In this document: positions 1-9,167 of the stretch, in pieces
Position numbering within the stretch: the first letter of the stretch is position 1
Layout: every line of letters starts with the position of its first letter
Assembly: GCA_016183325.1 (NCBI GenBank)
Contig: JACPEV010000009.1
Span: 1,303-65,302, forward strand
From: Candidatus Curtissbacteria bacterium
Lineage (GTDB): Bacteria; Patescibacteriota; Microgenomatia; Curtissbacterales; GWA2-41-24
DNA: 64,000 nucleotides
Reading direction: 5' to 3'
Notes under the pieces: model-generated
Told to the model about the DNA's origin: nothing
The model's input: the letters and a program-made list of their open reading frames with translations, nothing else
Databases searched by the model: none
Position numbers and translations under genes: made by a program

Positions 1-1
1 T

Positions 2-199
2 CAATTCTACATTAGGACAACCGATGTTACGGGTGAAGCCACTCTCCCCGAAGGAACCGAAATGGTTATGCCCGGTGATAACATCAAAATGAAGGTAAAA
101 CTTATCGTTCCGGTTGCCATGGAAGAGGGCCTTAGATTTGCTATCCGCGAAGGCGGCCATACTGTCGGGGCCGGCGTGGTAAGCAAAATCATTGCCTAA
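2..199 (+). CDS. tuf: Elongation factor Tu, C-terminal fragment (5' end outside window)
   Basis: Frame-2 translation ...RPQFYFRTTDVTG...[17 protein letters not shown] is the conserved EF-Tu C-terminus; stop TAA 197-199. Confidence 0.9.
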   Translation, partial: QFYIRTTDVTGEATLPEGTEMVMPGDNIKMKVKLIVPVAMEEGLRFAIREGGHTVGAGVVSKIIA

Positions 200-207
200 C
201 GGCAGCT

Positions 208-275
208 AATCCCCCCCCGCCTCGCTCGACGCGAGTCGAGGCGGGCAAGATTTGATCAAGGGGGATTTTTTTTGA
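208..275 (+). terminator. Putative intrinsic terminator after tuf: nested GC-rich hairpin plus T8 run
   Basis: aatccccc(208-215)/gggggatt(261-268) outer stem enclosing cccgcctcg/cgaggcggg inner stem; tttttttt 266-273. Confidence 0.5.
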
Positions 276-293
276 TATAATAACAAAGTTCTT

Positions 294-349
294 GGAGGTC
301 CGACCTCCGAAAACAGAGACACGACTAAGTTTTTAGAGGTCGGACCTCT
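294..349. repeat. Pair of related 15-nt palindromes (ggaggtccgacctcc / agaggtcggacctct)
   Basis: Each self-complementary; the second is flanked by a T-run and an A-run. Confidence 0.4.
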
Positions 350-540
350 AAAAAAAATTAGTTCGAGCGTAGTTTACACTGAGCGAAACCCTGTACCGGA
401 CGGTACGGGGCGAAGTCTTAGGGGTCGAGAACAACTATATATGAAATCAACAAGTTTAAGCTTCAAGCCTAACCGCTTAAGATAAAAAACTTCTCGACTC
501 ACTCTGCCGACTGGCTGATTCGCTCGACCGTTTGCTAAAC

Positions 541-660
541 TGTCATTCTGGGGAGTTCTGCTACTGGCAGAACGACACCGGAATCGATTCTGGACAAGCC
601 CTTCGATTACACTCAGGACAATTCAAGGGCAATGAGCAAAGTCGAATTGCCAGAATGACA
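541..660 (+). repeat. Inverted-repeat structured element, copy 1 (TIR tgtcattctgg ... ccagaatgaca), ~120 nt
   Basis: Perfect 11-bp terminal inverted repeats. Shares actgtcattctggggagt and gattctggNcaagcc with the copy at 4631-4701. Lies immediately upstream of ORF 701-1060. Confidence 0.6.
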
Positions 661-700
661 AAAATAAAAAAGGAGCACTTGCCAGAAAGGAGTGACATAG

Positions 701-1060
701 ATGTTACAACAAGAAAGAGTCAGAAATCTTAGAGAGAACCTTGATCTTGCAAATATAGAAAATACAAGATTAAGAGAACAACTGAGATTAGCAGAAGAAA
801 TTGGTCAAGTTGAGCGTCGAGGTCTATCAATACCGGAATCTGATGCTATAGTGAATTGGATTCAAGAAAACGAAGCAAGGCGAGTAAGAGTCGAAGGCAT
901 ACTCGATAAGACTTACGTTTATGAGCTGCCCGACAACCAAAAAATAGCATTACATCAAACCGACGGAACACATTATTTTAGCGGGATTACTGCTACAGAA
1001 AAGAGTGTTCAAAGTTTAGAAGAACTTGGAGTTCTCGAAAAGAAAGCTACAAGAAGTTGA
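701..1060 (+). CDS. Hypothetical protein (119 aa) between tuf and rpsJ
   Basis: ORF with RBS aaaggagtga upstream of the ATG; no recognisable motif; preceded by TIR element copy 1. Confidence 0.5.
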   Translation: MLQQERVRNLRENLDLANIENTRLREQLRLAEEIGQVERRGLSIPESDAIVNWIQENEARRVRVEGILDKTYVYELPDNQKIALHQTDGTHYFSGITATEKSVQSLEELGVLEKKATRS

Positions 1061-1201
1061 ACAAAAAACTAATAGCTAGTCGCCAATAGCCAATAGCTAA
1101 TTAAATAGCACATTAATAAACGGTTATCAGGTAATCGGGTAATCAGGATATTGGGAAAAATCCCGACAACCAGAAAACCTGATAGCCCGAAAACCTAAAT
1201 T

Positions 1202-1510
1202 ATGCCAAAAGGTAGAATTCGAGTCAGACTTAAAGCCTATGACGCACGAGTAATCGATGCGGCTTGTCGGGATATCATCAATACCGCACTTGGTACAGGC
1301 GCCAAAATCTCAGGCCCAATACCTTTGCCGACAAATATTCAAAGACTTACCGTTTTGACAAGCCCCCACACCGATAAAGACGCTCGTGAGCAATTTGAAA
1401 TGCGAGTTCACAAAAGATTAATCGATATTATTGAACCGACAAACAAAACCATTGACTCGCTGACTCATTTAGATTTACCAGCTGGAGTCGATATAGAACT
1501 TAAGATGTAA
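1202..1510 (+). CDS. rpsJ: 30S ribosomal protein S10
   Basis: [14 protein letters not shown]...GPIPLPT... classic S10. Confidence 0.95.
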   Translation: MPKGRIRVRLKAYDARVIDAACRDIINTALGTGAKISGPIPLPTNIQRLTVLTSPHTDKDAREQFEMRVHKRLIDIIEPTNKTIDSLTHLDLPAGVDIELKM

Positions 1511-1529
1511 ATCCGAAATCCGAAGTACG

Positions 1530-1880
1530 AAATCATTGTATGAAGAAATTAGTTACTGGAAATTAGAAAATTGTAATGGAAAGTAGAAAATAGAAAATGG
1601 ATAATAAATTATAACTATTTTCCAATCTCAATCTGCCATTTCCAATTTCCAGTTTCTAGAAACTATTTTCTAGAATACAGAATTGTTTCGAATTTCGATA
1701 TTCGAATTTCGAATTTTCAATAAATCTGGAGGTTGCAAAGCAAAATTTAATAACTAAATAGACCATTAACGATTAACAATAAACGATACACGTTAATTGG
1801 TGGGACGCCTGAAAACATCTAAGGAGCCCCGCCTTTTTGGTACGAAAACATAAGTTTATTAAGTAGTTTTAATAACGAGC
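1530..1880. repeat. Unusual 370-nt rpsJ-rplC spacer with long imperfect dyad symmetry and a tandem cgaatttcga motif
   Basis: ctggaaattagaaaat...ggaaagtagaaaatagaaaatgg mirrored by ccatttccaatttccagtttctag; cgaatttcgatattcgaatttcgaatttt. Confidence 0.4.
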
Positions 1881-2654
1881 ATGATAAATACATTGTTAGG
1901 TATCAAAAAAGAAATGTCGGCAAGATTCGATCGGTTTGGTCGACGACTGCCGGTGACAGAAATTTATGCCGAGCCCAACATAGTCGTTGTTCAAAAGGAT
2001 GGGAGAATCTTAATTGGAGCTGGGCAAAAAAAGAGAGCCAGAAAAACCGAGAATGCCTTTGTTCAGGCAGCCGGTTTTGCGCCAAGGCTGGTTAAAGAAG
2101 TAAAAGTTGATCAACAAGAAATCAAGCCGGGAACTAAAGTCGATGTATCCATATTTGGACCGGGAGACGAAGTCAAAATAACCGGAGTAACCAAGGGAAA
2201 GGGATTTACAGGCGTTGTCAAAAGATGGGGTTTTGCCGGAGGTCCGAAGACTCACGGACAAAGCGATCGTCATCGTGCACCAGGTTCAATCGGCCAAACC
2301 ACCACACCTGGCAGGGTTTATAAAGGCAAAAAGATGGCTGGCCATATGGGTGTAGCCAAATTAACAATTACGGGGCTTGAAGTCATAGAAGTGGATGCCA
2401 AAAGCAATCTACTTATTGTAAAAGGTTCGGTTCCTGGTGCCAGAAACGGTTATTTGGTAATCGAAAAAACGGGAAAAGTAAAGGGGTACACTCCGCCCCC
2501 TGAACCAAAAGAGGAGCCGGAAGAAGAAGTTAGATCAGAAAAGACTGCAACCGCTGAAAACGCTGAAAAGAACACTGAGAACACTGAAAATCCAGGAGGA
2601 TACCCCCGGAGTGAAGTCGAGGCGTTTCCTGGAAAACACCCCGGGGGTGAGTAA
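1881..2654 (+). CDS. rplC: 50S ribosomal protein L3 with ~45-aa C-terminal extension
   Basis: ...GKGFTGVVKRWGFAGGPKTHGQSDRHRAPGSIG... L3 core; extension ...ENAEKNTENTENPGGYPRSEVEAFPGKHPGGE. Confidence 0.95.
   Translation: MINTLLGIKKEMSARFDRFGRRLPVTEIYAEPNIVVVQKDGRILIGAGQKKRARKTENAFVQAAGFAPRLVKEVKVDQQEIKPGTKVDVSIFGPGDEVKITGVTKGKGFTGVVKRWGFAGGPKTHGQSDRHRAPGSIGQTTTPGRVYKGKKMAGHMGVAKLTITGLEVIEVDAKSNLLIVKGSVPGARNGYLVIEKTGKVKGYTPPPEPKEEPEEEVRSEKTATAENAEKNTENTENPGGYPRSEVEAFPGKHPGGE
2637..2649. repeat. In-frame palindrome caccccgggggtg (encodes HPGGE) in the rplC 3' end
   Basis: 17-nt acaccccgggggtgagt is identical to 17902-17918 in rplM; related cacccccggggtg at 48945 in purL. Confidence 0.6.
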
Positions 2655-2662
2655 AGACCGCA

Positions 2663-3481
2663 ATGTCAAACAAAAAGCAAAAAAGATCCAAAATCGCTAA
2701 GACCCGTATCAAAACCGGATCTAAAACCATAGATAAAAAAAAGATCACAGAAGGCACTGAAAATAAATTGAAGGCACAGAAAAGAACGGCTAAAAAATCA
2801 GCGCCCTCAAATATCTCAGTACCTTCAGTGATCACAAAACAATCAGGACCCTCAAAACTTGCAATCAAATCAGTATCCGCTAAAGTCTTTAATATGCAGG
2901 GTAGGGGCCTAGGTGTCGTTGCCCTCCCTAAAGCAATTTTTGGACATTTGCCAAATCAAAATTTACTTGCTCAAGCCATCAGGGTCTATGTGGCCAACAG
3001 TCATCCGCACACGGCTCACACTAAAACTCGAGCGGAAGTCGCCGGCGGAGGCACCAAACCTTGGCGCCAAAAAGGCACTGGCAGGGCTCGAGCCGGATCA
3101 ATCCGTTCACCGCTTTGGGTTGGTGGAGGCACGACTTTTGGTCCAAGGACAAAAGATACCAAGCTTTCACTGCCTAAAAAAATGAAGCATAAAGCATTAA
3201 TTGACGCGCTATCTGCAAAAGCTAAAGCTGGCGACATCAAAGTGATTTCAAATATTGAAAAAGTAGAGCCAAAAACCAAAAAGATTGCCACACTCTTGAA
3301 AAAGTTAGATGTTGGTAAAAATACTCTTCTTATTGTTTCCGAAAGAACCAAGAACGTTCATTTAGCCACACGTAACATCCCAAATATTAAAGTAGACATA
3401 CCTTCAAACCTAAACGCCTACGAAGTTACTAAAAATAATGACTTGTTAATCTCAAAGGAATCCCTACCCAAATTTAAATGA
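2663..3481 (+). CDS. rplD: 50S ribosomal protein L4 with Lys-rich ~75-aa N-terminal extension
   Basis: ...[42 protein letters not shown]... L4 core; start 9 nt after the rplC stop. Confidence 0.9.
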   Translation: MSNKKQKRSKIAKTRIKTGSKTIDKKKITEGTENKLKAQKRTAKKSAPSNISVPSVITKQSGPSKLAIKSVSAKVFNMQGRGLGVVALPKAIFGHLPNQNLLAQAIRVYVANSHPHTAHTKTRAEVAGGGTKPWRQKGTGRARAGSIRSPLWVGGGTTFGPRTKDTKLSLPKKMKHKALIDALSAKAKAGDIKVISNIEKVEPKTKKIATLLKKLDVGKNTLLIVSERTKNVHLATRNIPNIKVDIPSNLNAYEVTKNNDLLISKESLPKFK

Positions 3482-3801
3482 AACCAACTGACCTAATTAA
3501 AACATCAATCCTTTCCGAAAAAGCTTACAAGCAGATGGAAAATGGTATCTATACATTCTTGGTTGATAAGAGGTCAACCAAGAATCAAATAGTCAAAGCC
3601 GTCGAAAATCAATTCGCCGTTAATGTCATTCGGGTTAACGTATCTAAAAAATCTTTCAAGATGAAAAGAATTGGCAGGACTCGAAAACAAGCAAAAGTAG
3701 GCGGCGGCAAAAAAGCCATTGTCTATCTTAAAGCAGGCCAAAATATCGCAATTCTAAGTCCATCTAAAAAAGAAACTAAAAGCATTAAAAAGGAGAAATA
3801 A
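3478..3801 (+). CDS. rplW: 50S ribosomal protein L23
   Basis: L23-like sequence and operon position. Confidence 0.9.
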   Translation: MKPTDLIKTSILSEKAYKQMENGIYTFLVDKRSTKNQIVKAVENQFAVNVIRVNVSKKSFKMKRIGRTRKQAKVGGGKKAIVYLKAGQNIAILSPSKKETKSIKKEK

Positions 3802-4623
3802 ATGTTTAAAATTTCCAAACCCACAACTCCAGGACAAAGATTTAAATCGACTTTATCCTTCGACGAGATAACAAAAACCAAACCGGAAAAATCCTTAATC
3901 GCAAGGCTTAACAAGACAGCTGGTAGGTCGCTGGGAATTGTTACAGTCAGAGGAAAGGGGGGAGGTGCCAAACGAAATTTAAGATTTATAGATTTTAAAA
4001 GAGATAAAAGAGATGTCGTGGCAAAAGTAGCGGCGATTGAATACGATCCAAACAGATCTGCCAATATTGCTCTCCTTCACTATGTTGATGGAGAAAAAAG
4101 ATACATCCTATCCCCGGTTGGTCTTGCTGTTGGGCAGGAAGTTATCGCCAGCGAAAAAGCGCCAATTAAGACCGGTGATGCCCTGCCGCTTGGCAAAATG
4201 CCAGTTGGCACTGTCATTCATAATATTGAGCTTACGCCAGGTAGCGGTGGTCAAATTGTCAGATCTGCCGGCGTCGGTGCAATCGTTGCCGCCAGAGAAG
4301 GAGAATATGTCCACGTTAAACTTCCTTCAAAAGAGATTCGCAAGATTAGTGCTGCAAGTTTTGCCACAGTAGGTCAAGTTGGCAACGTTGATTGGAAAAA
4401 TATCAAAATCGGAAAAGCAGGAAGATCAAGACATATGGGTAAAAGGCCTAAAGTTCGAGGAGTTGCCATGGATCCAAGATCACATCCCCACGGTGGTGGA
4501 GAAGGCAGATCCGGCACGGGTATGCATCCCAAAACCAGAACAGGCAAACCTGCCATGGGCAAAAAAACCCGAAATCCCAACAAACCATCAAGTAGATTTA
4601 TTCTTGAGAGGAGAAAGAAATGA
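3802..4623 (+). CDS. rplB: 50S ribosomal protein L2
   Basis: ...[34 protein letters not shown]... L2. Confidence 0.95.
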   Translation: MFKISKPTTPGQRFKSTLSFDEITKTKPEKSLIARLNKTAGRSLGIVTVRGKGGGAKRNLRFIDFKRDKRDVVAKVAAIEYDPNRSANIALLHYVDGEKRYILSPVGLAVGQEVIASEKAPIKTGDALPLGKMPVGTVIHNIELTPGSGGQIVRSAGVGAIVAAREGEYVHVKLPSKEIRKISAASFATVGQVGNVDWKNIKIGKAGRSRHMGKRPKVRGVAMDPRSHPHGGGEGRSGTGMHPKTRTGKPAMGKKTRNPNKPSSRFILERRKK

Positions 4624-4630
4624 TTTTTAC

Positions 4631-4701
4631 TGTCATTCTGGGGAGTGAAACGACTCCAGAATCAAAATACGAAAAAAGATTCTGGTCAAGCCAGAATGAC
4701 A
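4631..4701 (+). repeat. Inverted-repeat structured element, copy 2 (same TIRs as 541-660), 71 nt
   Basis: tgtcattctgg 4631-4641 and ccagaatgaca 4691-4701; starts 8 nt after the rplB stop; internal hairpins ggagt-gaaac-gactcc and tctggtcaagccaga. Confidence 0.6.
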
Positions 4702-4720
4702 ATAAACTAAAGGAGAAAAA

Positions 4721-5056
4721 ATGACAGCAGAGCATTTTAAGGACACTATTAATTACGACACTGTGAGGCTCAAAAATATAGACGCTGTGTATGAAAATAG
4801 TGCAGCTATTGCTCCGGAACGGACGATTTTAATTGCGACTGGGATTGATGGAGAAACAGATTATCAGTTTGAGAGATTAGCAAGGACTCACGAGGAGGCA
4901 CAAGAATATATTCAGAGTCAAAACGAGTCAGGCACAAGAATCATAGGTAGACCGGCCGACCCGTTAGCTGCTGAAGTTTGGAAGACAATTAGGTATTACG
5001 ACTTTGGTGTCGGAATTTGGAAGCAAATAGAAACATTAGAAAGGATGGATCAATGA
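4721..5056 (+). CDS. Hypothetical protein (111 aa) inserted between rplB and rpsS
   Basis: Strong RBS aaggagaaaaaATG; 4-nt ATGA overlap with the rpsS start; no recognisable motif. Confidence 0.55.
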   Translation: MTAEHFKDTINYDTVRLKNIDAVYENSAAIAPERTILIATGIDGETDYQFERLARTHEEAQEYIQSQNESGTRIIGRPADPLAAEVWKTIRYYDFGVGIWKQIETLERMDQ

Positions 5057-5337
5057 GTAGATCGAGTAAGAAAGGTCCTTATGTAGATGCAAAGTTACTC
5101 AAAAAGGTCTTGAGCCAGAAGGAGTCTGGCAAGAAGGAGCCGATTAAAACTTGGGCAAGAGCCAGCCAAATTCCTCCGGAATTTGTCAACCACACATTCT
5201 CGGTGCATAACGGTCGCGTATTTATAAACGTTTTTGTGTCAGAAGGTATGGTCGGCCACAGACTTGGCGAATTTGCTCCGACCCGAGTTTTTAGAGGTCA
5301 CGGAAAGATTACAGAGAAAGCAAGAGCAAAGAAGTGA
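5053..5337 (+). CDS. rpsS: 30S ribosomal protein S19
   Basis: [12 protein letters not shown]...HNGR...[12 protein letters not shown]19; start chosen at the internal ATG matching the canonical S19 N-terminus. Confidence 0.9.
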   Translation: MSRSSKKGPYVDAKLLKKVLSQKESGKKEPIKTWARASQIPPEFVNHTFSVHNGRVFINVFVSEGMVGHRLGEFAPTRVFRGHGKITEKARAKK

Positions 5338-5400
5338 TTAATCAATTAGTTATGAGAAGTATAGAACTAAACTACTCATTACTAAACTGCTCATAACAAA

Positions 5401-5844
5401 ATGATAGTTACCGCTACAGCTAAAAATGTCAGATTATCGCCCGAAAAGGCTCGTCTCGTCGTGGCGCAAATAAAAAAAATGAAGCCTTCCTATGCGATTG
5501 CAATTTTAGATCATGTTCACAAATCTTCATCACCAATTCTAAAAAAGGTGATCAAATCTGCCATTGCCAATGCTAAGAATAATTTCAATTTGGATGAGAA
5601 AACACTTACCTTTAAAGAAATTTTAGTTGGAAAAGGCCCGGTTTTTAAAAGATATAGAGCCGTCGCCAGAGGTAGAGCCCATTCTATTTTAAAGCGAACA
5701 AGCAATATAAAAGTGGTTTTAGAAGGAGAAAAAACAAAAGAGGTATCAAAAGTATCACAGGTACCAGAAGTATCACAGGACAAATCAAATATACGAGAAC
5801 GTATTTTTGATAAATCGAAAAGTAAAGATCAAAAATCAAAATGA
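5401..5844 (+). CDS. rplV: 50S ribosomal protein L22 with C-terminal extension partly encoded by a dispersed repeat
   Basis: L22 core ...RYRAVARGRAHSILKRTSNIKVVLEG...; tail ...NIRERIFDKSKSKDQKSK overlaps the repeat at 5783-5846. Confidence 0.9.
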   Translation: MIVTATAKNVRLSPEKARLVVAQIKKMKPSYAIAILDHVHKSSSPILKKVIKSAIANAKNNFNLDEKTLTFKEILVGKGPVFKRYRAVARGRAHSILKRTSNIKVVLEGEKTKEVSKVSQVPEVSQDKSNIRERIFDKSKSKDQKSK

Positions 5845-5846
5845 CA
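5783..5846. repeat. 62-nt dispersed repeat, copy 1 (diverged), containing the TTTT(T/C)GAT-AA-ATCGAAAA palindrome
   Basis: Aligns to 6589-6648 and 14445-14504. Confidence 0.6.
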
Positions 5847-5943
5847 AACCTATATTTATTGTTAGACTCATCACTCATCACTTACTCGCCTCGCTTCGCT
5901 CGCGAAGCGGGTCACTCATCACTACCGACCGAAGGGAGGTCTT

Positions 5944-6582
5944 GTGGGCCAAAAAGTTAATCCTATTGGTTTTAGATTAGGCAATGTTTATACATGGAGC
6001 TCTCGTTGGTTTGCCAAAAAAGGAAACTTCAGCCAGTATCTTCTGGAAGATCAAAAAATTAGAAAGTTTATTATGGATCATTTAAAAGCTGCTGGTGTCT
6101 CAAAAGTCGAAATTGAGCGTTCTTTCGATAAAAGAACTATTATCATTCATGTTTCAAGGCCAGGAGTTGCCATCGGTCGAGGCGGTACTGGCCACGAGCA
6201 ACTAAAGCTTAGTCTTGTAAAAATATTTAAAATCTCAGACCCTAATAAACTGGAAATAAAGTTCGAAGAAATTAAAAGTCCGGATCTAGATGCTTACCTA
6301 GTTGCCACAAACGTCGCAGACCAACTCGCAAAAAGACTCCCTTTCAGAAGAGTCATGAATCAAGCTCTTGAAAGAGTAAAAAGGTCAGGCGCAAAAGGTG
6401 TCAGGATTTCTACGGCTGGAAGATTAGGAGGTTCTGAAATTGCCAGGCGCGAAACTTTAAAGGATGGATCAATTCCACTGCACACCCTAAGAGCTCAGAT
6501 CGATTTTGCCAAAGTCGATGCCAAAGTTCCAAGAGCCGGCATCATCGGTGTTAAGGTCTGGATTAATAAGGGAGAATCATGA
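5944..6582 (+). CDS. rpsC: 30S ribosomal protein S3 (GTG start)
   Basis: MGQKVNPIGFRLG... S3; RBS gggagg. Confidence 0.95.
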   Translation: MGQKVNPIGFRLGNVYTWSSRWFAKKGNFSQYLLEDQKIRKFIMDHLKAAGVSKVEIERSFDKRTIIIHVSRPGVAIGRGGTGHEQLKLSLVKIFKISDPNKLEIKFEEIKSPDLDAYLVATNVADQLAKRLPFRRVMNQALERVKRSGAKGVRISTAGRLGGSEIARRETLKDGSIPLHTLRAQIDFAKVDAKVPRAGIIGVKVWINKGES

Positions 6583-6588
6583 TAAATC

Positions 6589-6648
6589 AAAAATCAAATA
6601 TACCAAAGCGTATTTTCGATAAATCGAAAAGCAAAAATCAAAATGACA
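6589..6648. repeat. 62-nt dispersed repeat, copy 2
   Basis: aaaaatcaaatataccaaagcgtattttcgataaatcgaaaagcaaaaatcaaaatgaca; near-identical to 14445-14504. Confidence 0.7.
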
Positions 6649-6765
6649 TGTAAAAATTTAAAAACTATAAAATCCAAAATTGTAGCTTGCTTTGCAAGTA
6701 CAATTTTGTCCATTAAGGGAAAGGGAATATTAAGGGAAAACCGCTAGGTTTGCCCTTAAAGTTAT

Positions 6766-7173
6766 ATGTTAGCTCCCAAAAGAGCAAAATATAGAAAACA
6801 ATTTAGAGATAAAAGAAGGGGTATTGCTACTCGTCGCACAACTTTGGCTTTTGGAGCATATGGGCTTAAAAGTCTGGAAAGTGCATGGATAACCGCAAGG
6901 CAAATAGAAGCGGCCAGGCGAGCAATGACTCATTACACCAAAAGAGGCGGACGCATCTGGATAAGAATTTTTCCGGATAAACCCGTTACTAAAAAACCGG
7001 CAGAAACAAGAATGGGTTCCGGTAAAGGTGATGTCAATGAGTATGTTTCTGTAGTCAAACCTGGAATGGTGCTTTTTGAAATGGGTGCAATTGACAGCCA
7101 AACTGCCCAGGAAGCTTTAAAACTTGCCGCTTTTAAGTTACCGATCAAAACAAAAATAATAACCAGAATATAA
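6766..7173 (+). CDS. rplP: 50S ribosomal protein L16
   Basis: [19 protein letters not shown]... L16. Confidence 0.95.
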   Translation: MLAPKRAKYRKQFRDKRRGIATRRTTLAFGAYGLKSLESAWITARQIEAARRAMTHYTKRGGRIWIRIFPDKPVTKKPAETRMGSGKGDVNEYVSVVKPGMVLFEMGAIDSQTAQEALKLAAFKLPIKTKIITRI

Positions 7174-7186
7174 ATTATTTGAAATT

Positions 7187-7402
7187 ATGAAAAAGAAAGA
7201 AAAAGAAGAACTAAAAGCTAAAAATACAAGTCAACTGAAAGAAATTCTAAAAGAAAAAGAAAAGGGGCTTATTGTTGATCAAATAGAGTTGAAAATGGGC
7301 AAAATTAAGAATGTTCATATTGTTCATAATAAGAAAAAGGATATTGCGACAGTTAAAACAATGCTAAAAGCCGCAATCTTTAAAGAACAACAAGAAAAAT
7401 AA
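7187..7402 (+). CDS. rpmC: 50S ribosomal protein L29
   Basis: Position between L16 and S17; L29-like helical Lys/Glu-rich sequence. Confidence 0.8.
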   Translation: MKKKEKEELKAKNTSQLKEILKEKEKGLIVDQIELKMGKIKNVHIVHNKKKDIATVKTMLKAAIFKEQQEK

Positions 7403-7408
7403 ATATCT

Positions 7409-7639
7409 ATGCCACAAATAAGGGTGGGAAAAGTTATTGGAACCAAAATGCAAAAAACAATAATTGTTGAAATTATGGGAGTGACAAAACACCCACTTTA
7501 TAAAAAACAAATTAAAAGGACTACCAGACTCAAAGTTCATGACGAATTGGGTGTTAAGGTAGGCCAAAAAGTAAAAATTCAAGAAACGAGACCAATTTCA
7601 AAAGATGTCCACTTTAAAACACTGGAGGTTGTGTCATAA
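7409..7639 (+). CDS. rpsQ: 30S ribosomal protein S17
   Basis: MPQIRVGKVIGTKMQKTIIVEI... S17. Confidence 0.9.
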   Translation: MPQIRVGKVIGTKMQKTIIVEIMGVTKHPLYKKQIKRTTRLKVHDELGVKVGQKVKIQETRPISKDVHFKTLEVVS

Positions 7640-8008
7640 ATGCTTGCCAGAAGATCACATTTAACAGTTGCAGACAATAGTGGCGCCAAAAGCTTAGTCG
7701 TAATAGGTTCAGAAAAGGGCTCTGGTAAAAGATTTATTCGACTTGGTGAAATTGCAACTTGTGTAGTCAAAGGAGCAGCTCCATTAGGTCAGGTAAAAGA
7801 TCATCAGATTGTTAAGGCGACAATTGTCAGGACTAAAAAAGAAACTCGGCGAGCCGATGGGTCATATATCAGATTTTCAGACAATGCCGCAGTTGTTTGT
7901 GATGATAATGGTATTCCGGCAGGAACCAGGATTTTCGGTCCGGTTGCCCAGGAGCTTAAACAAAAAGGTTTTACAAAAATTATTTCAATGGCTAAGGAGG
8001 TTTACTGA
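7640..8008 (+). CDS. rplN: 50S ribosomal protein L14
   Basis: ...LTVADNSGAK... L14. Confidence 0.95.
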   Translation: MLARRSHLTVADNSGAKSLVVIGSEKGSGKRFIRLGEIATCVVKGAAPLGQVKDHQIVKATIVRTKKETRRADGSYIRFSDNAAVVCDDNGIPAGTRIFGPVAQELKQKGFTKIISMAKEVY

Positions 8009-8314
8009 ATGTTTAAGTTTAAAATTGGAGACGAGGTAGTTGTGACGGCCGGTCGTGATAAAGGCAAAAGCGGCAAAGTCGAAAAAGTTCTTCTTTTTGA
8101 AAATAAATTAATTATTGCCGGAGTCAATATTTATAAAAGACATCGCAAGGTCACAAGAACCCAAGCCGCGGGAATTTACGAGATCGCCAGACCCATATCT
8201 CTTGCCAAGGTTGCCCTCGTTTGTCCCAAATGCGGCAAAACGACCAGAGTAGGTTTTAAATCCGAAGGGAATAAGAAAAATAGGATCTGCAAAAAATGCA
8301 AAGGAGTAATATGA
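8009..8314 (+). CDS. rplX: 50S ribosomal protein L24 with C-terminal 4-Cys zinc-ribbon tail
   Basis: KOW core KIGDEVVVTAGRDKGKSGKV; tail CPKCGK...CKKCKG. Confidence 0.9.
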   Translation: MFKFKIGDEVVVTAGRDKGKSGKVEKVLLFENKLIIAGVNIYKRHRKVTRTQAAGIYEIARPISLAKVALVCPKCGKTTRVGFKSEGNKKNRICKKCKGVI

Positions 8315-8859
8315 CAAACATAATCTCGAAATATCAAGATGAGGTTTTAACCAAGTTAAAACAAGAATTCAATCTTAAAAATGACCTTTCTGTTCCAAGA
8401 CTTGCAAAAATTGTCATAAATTCGGGCGTAGCGGAGGGAATTACCAATAAAGAAGTCGTTGGCAAAGTTCAAGAACAACTAGAAAAAATTTCTGGCCAAA
8501 GACCTAAAATCACTCATGCCAAAAAAGCCATTTCTACTTTTAAATTAAAGAAAAACGACCCTATTGGTGTAATGGTAACTCTTCGAGGTACAAGAGCGTG
8601 GCATTTTCTCGAAAAGTTGATTAATATTGTCGTTCCAAGGATGCGTGATTTTCGAGGACTCGCTCAGGAAAACTTTGATAAGTTTGGTAACTATAGTTTG
8701 GGAATATCAGAACAAATCATTTTTCCAGAAATCGACTATAGCAAAATTGATAAGATTAGAGGTTTAGTAATTACGATCGTTTTCAAAAATAGTGACAAGC
8801 AAAAATCTCAAAGAGTCATGGAACTTTTAGGCGTACCTTTTAAAAAAGGAGATAATTAG
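8311..8859 (+). CDS. rplE: 50S ribosomal protein L5
   Basis: L5 sequence; ATG overlaps the rplX TGA (ATGA); RBS aaaggag. Confidence 0.9.
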   Translation: MTNIISKYQDEVLTKLKQEFNLKNDLSVPRLAKIVINSGVAEGITNKEVVGKVQEQLEKISGQRPKITHAKKAISTFKLKKNDPIGVMVTLRGTRAWHFLEKLINIVVPRMRDFRGLAQENFDKFGNYSLGISEQIIFPEIDYSKIDKIRGLVITIVFKNSDKQKSQRVMELLGVPFKKGDN

Positions 8860-8891
8860 ATATAAAAATTTCTGCCCAGTAATCTAAGAAA

Positions 8892-9077
8892 ATGGCCAAA
8901 AAATCAAAAATTGTAAAAAATGATAAAAAACAAAAATATGAAGTCCGTCACAGAAATCGATGCCGACTCTGCGGTCGACCAAGAGGTTATTTGCGTAAAT
9001 TTGGGATTTGTCGATTGTGTTTCCGAGATTTAGCTCATCGTGGAGAAATTCCGGGAGTTAAAAAAGCATCATGGTAA
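8892..9077 (+). CDS. rpsN: 30S ribosomal protein S14, zinc-binding type Z
   Basis: 61 aa with CRLCGRP...CRLCFR. Confidence 0.9.
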   Translation: MAKKSKIVKNDKKQKYEVRHRNRCRLCGRPRGYLRKFGICRLCFRDLAHRGEIPGVKKASW

Positions 9078-9167
9078 TTAAAAAGATTACACAGATCTAT
9101 AGCGGATTACCACAGATTATCCGCGCAAATCCGCCATCAATCCGCGGTAATCATACAAAGGAGTCAA

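Noticed and set aside
532-732. 66-aa ORF overlapping TIR element copy 1
   Set aside because: It lies entirely within the structured repeat and overlaps the better-supported ORF 701-1060. Its codon usage and composition look noncoding.
8296-8310. Upstream ATG (8296) as the rplE start
   Set aside because: The ATG at 8311 gives the canonical L5 N-terminus, an RBS and ATGA coupling with rplX. The upstream start would add MQRSN with no support.
1903-8317. Numerous antisense or alternate-frame ORFs inside ribosomal protein genes (e.g. 2010-2273-, 3016-3351-, 4037-4372+, 5517-5783-, 6769-7101-, 7809-8039+)
   Set aside because: They are embedded in highly conserved r-protein coding regions, with no RBS or motif. 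Typical shadow ORFs.
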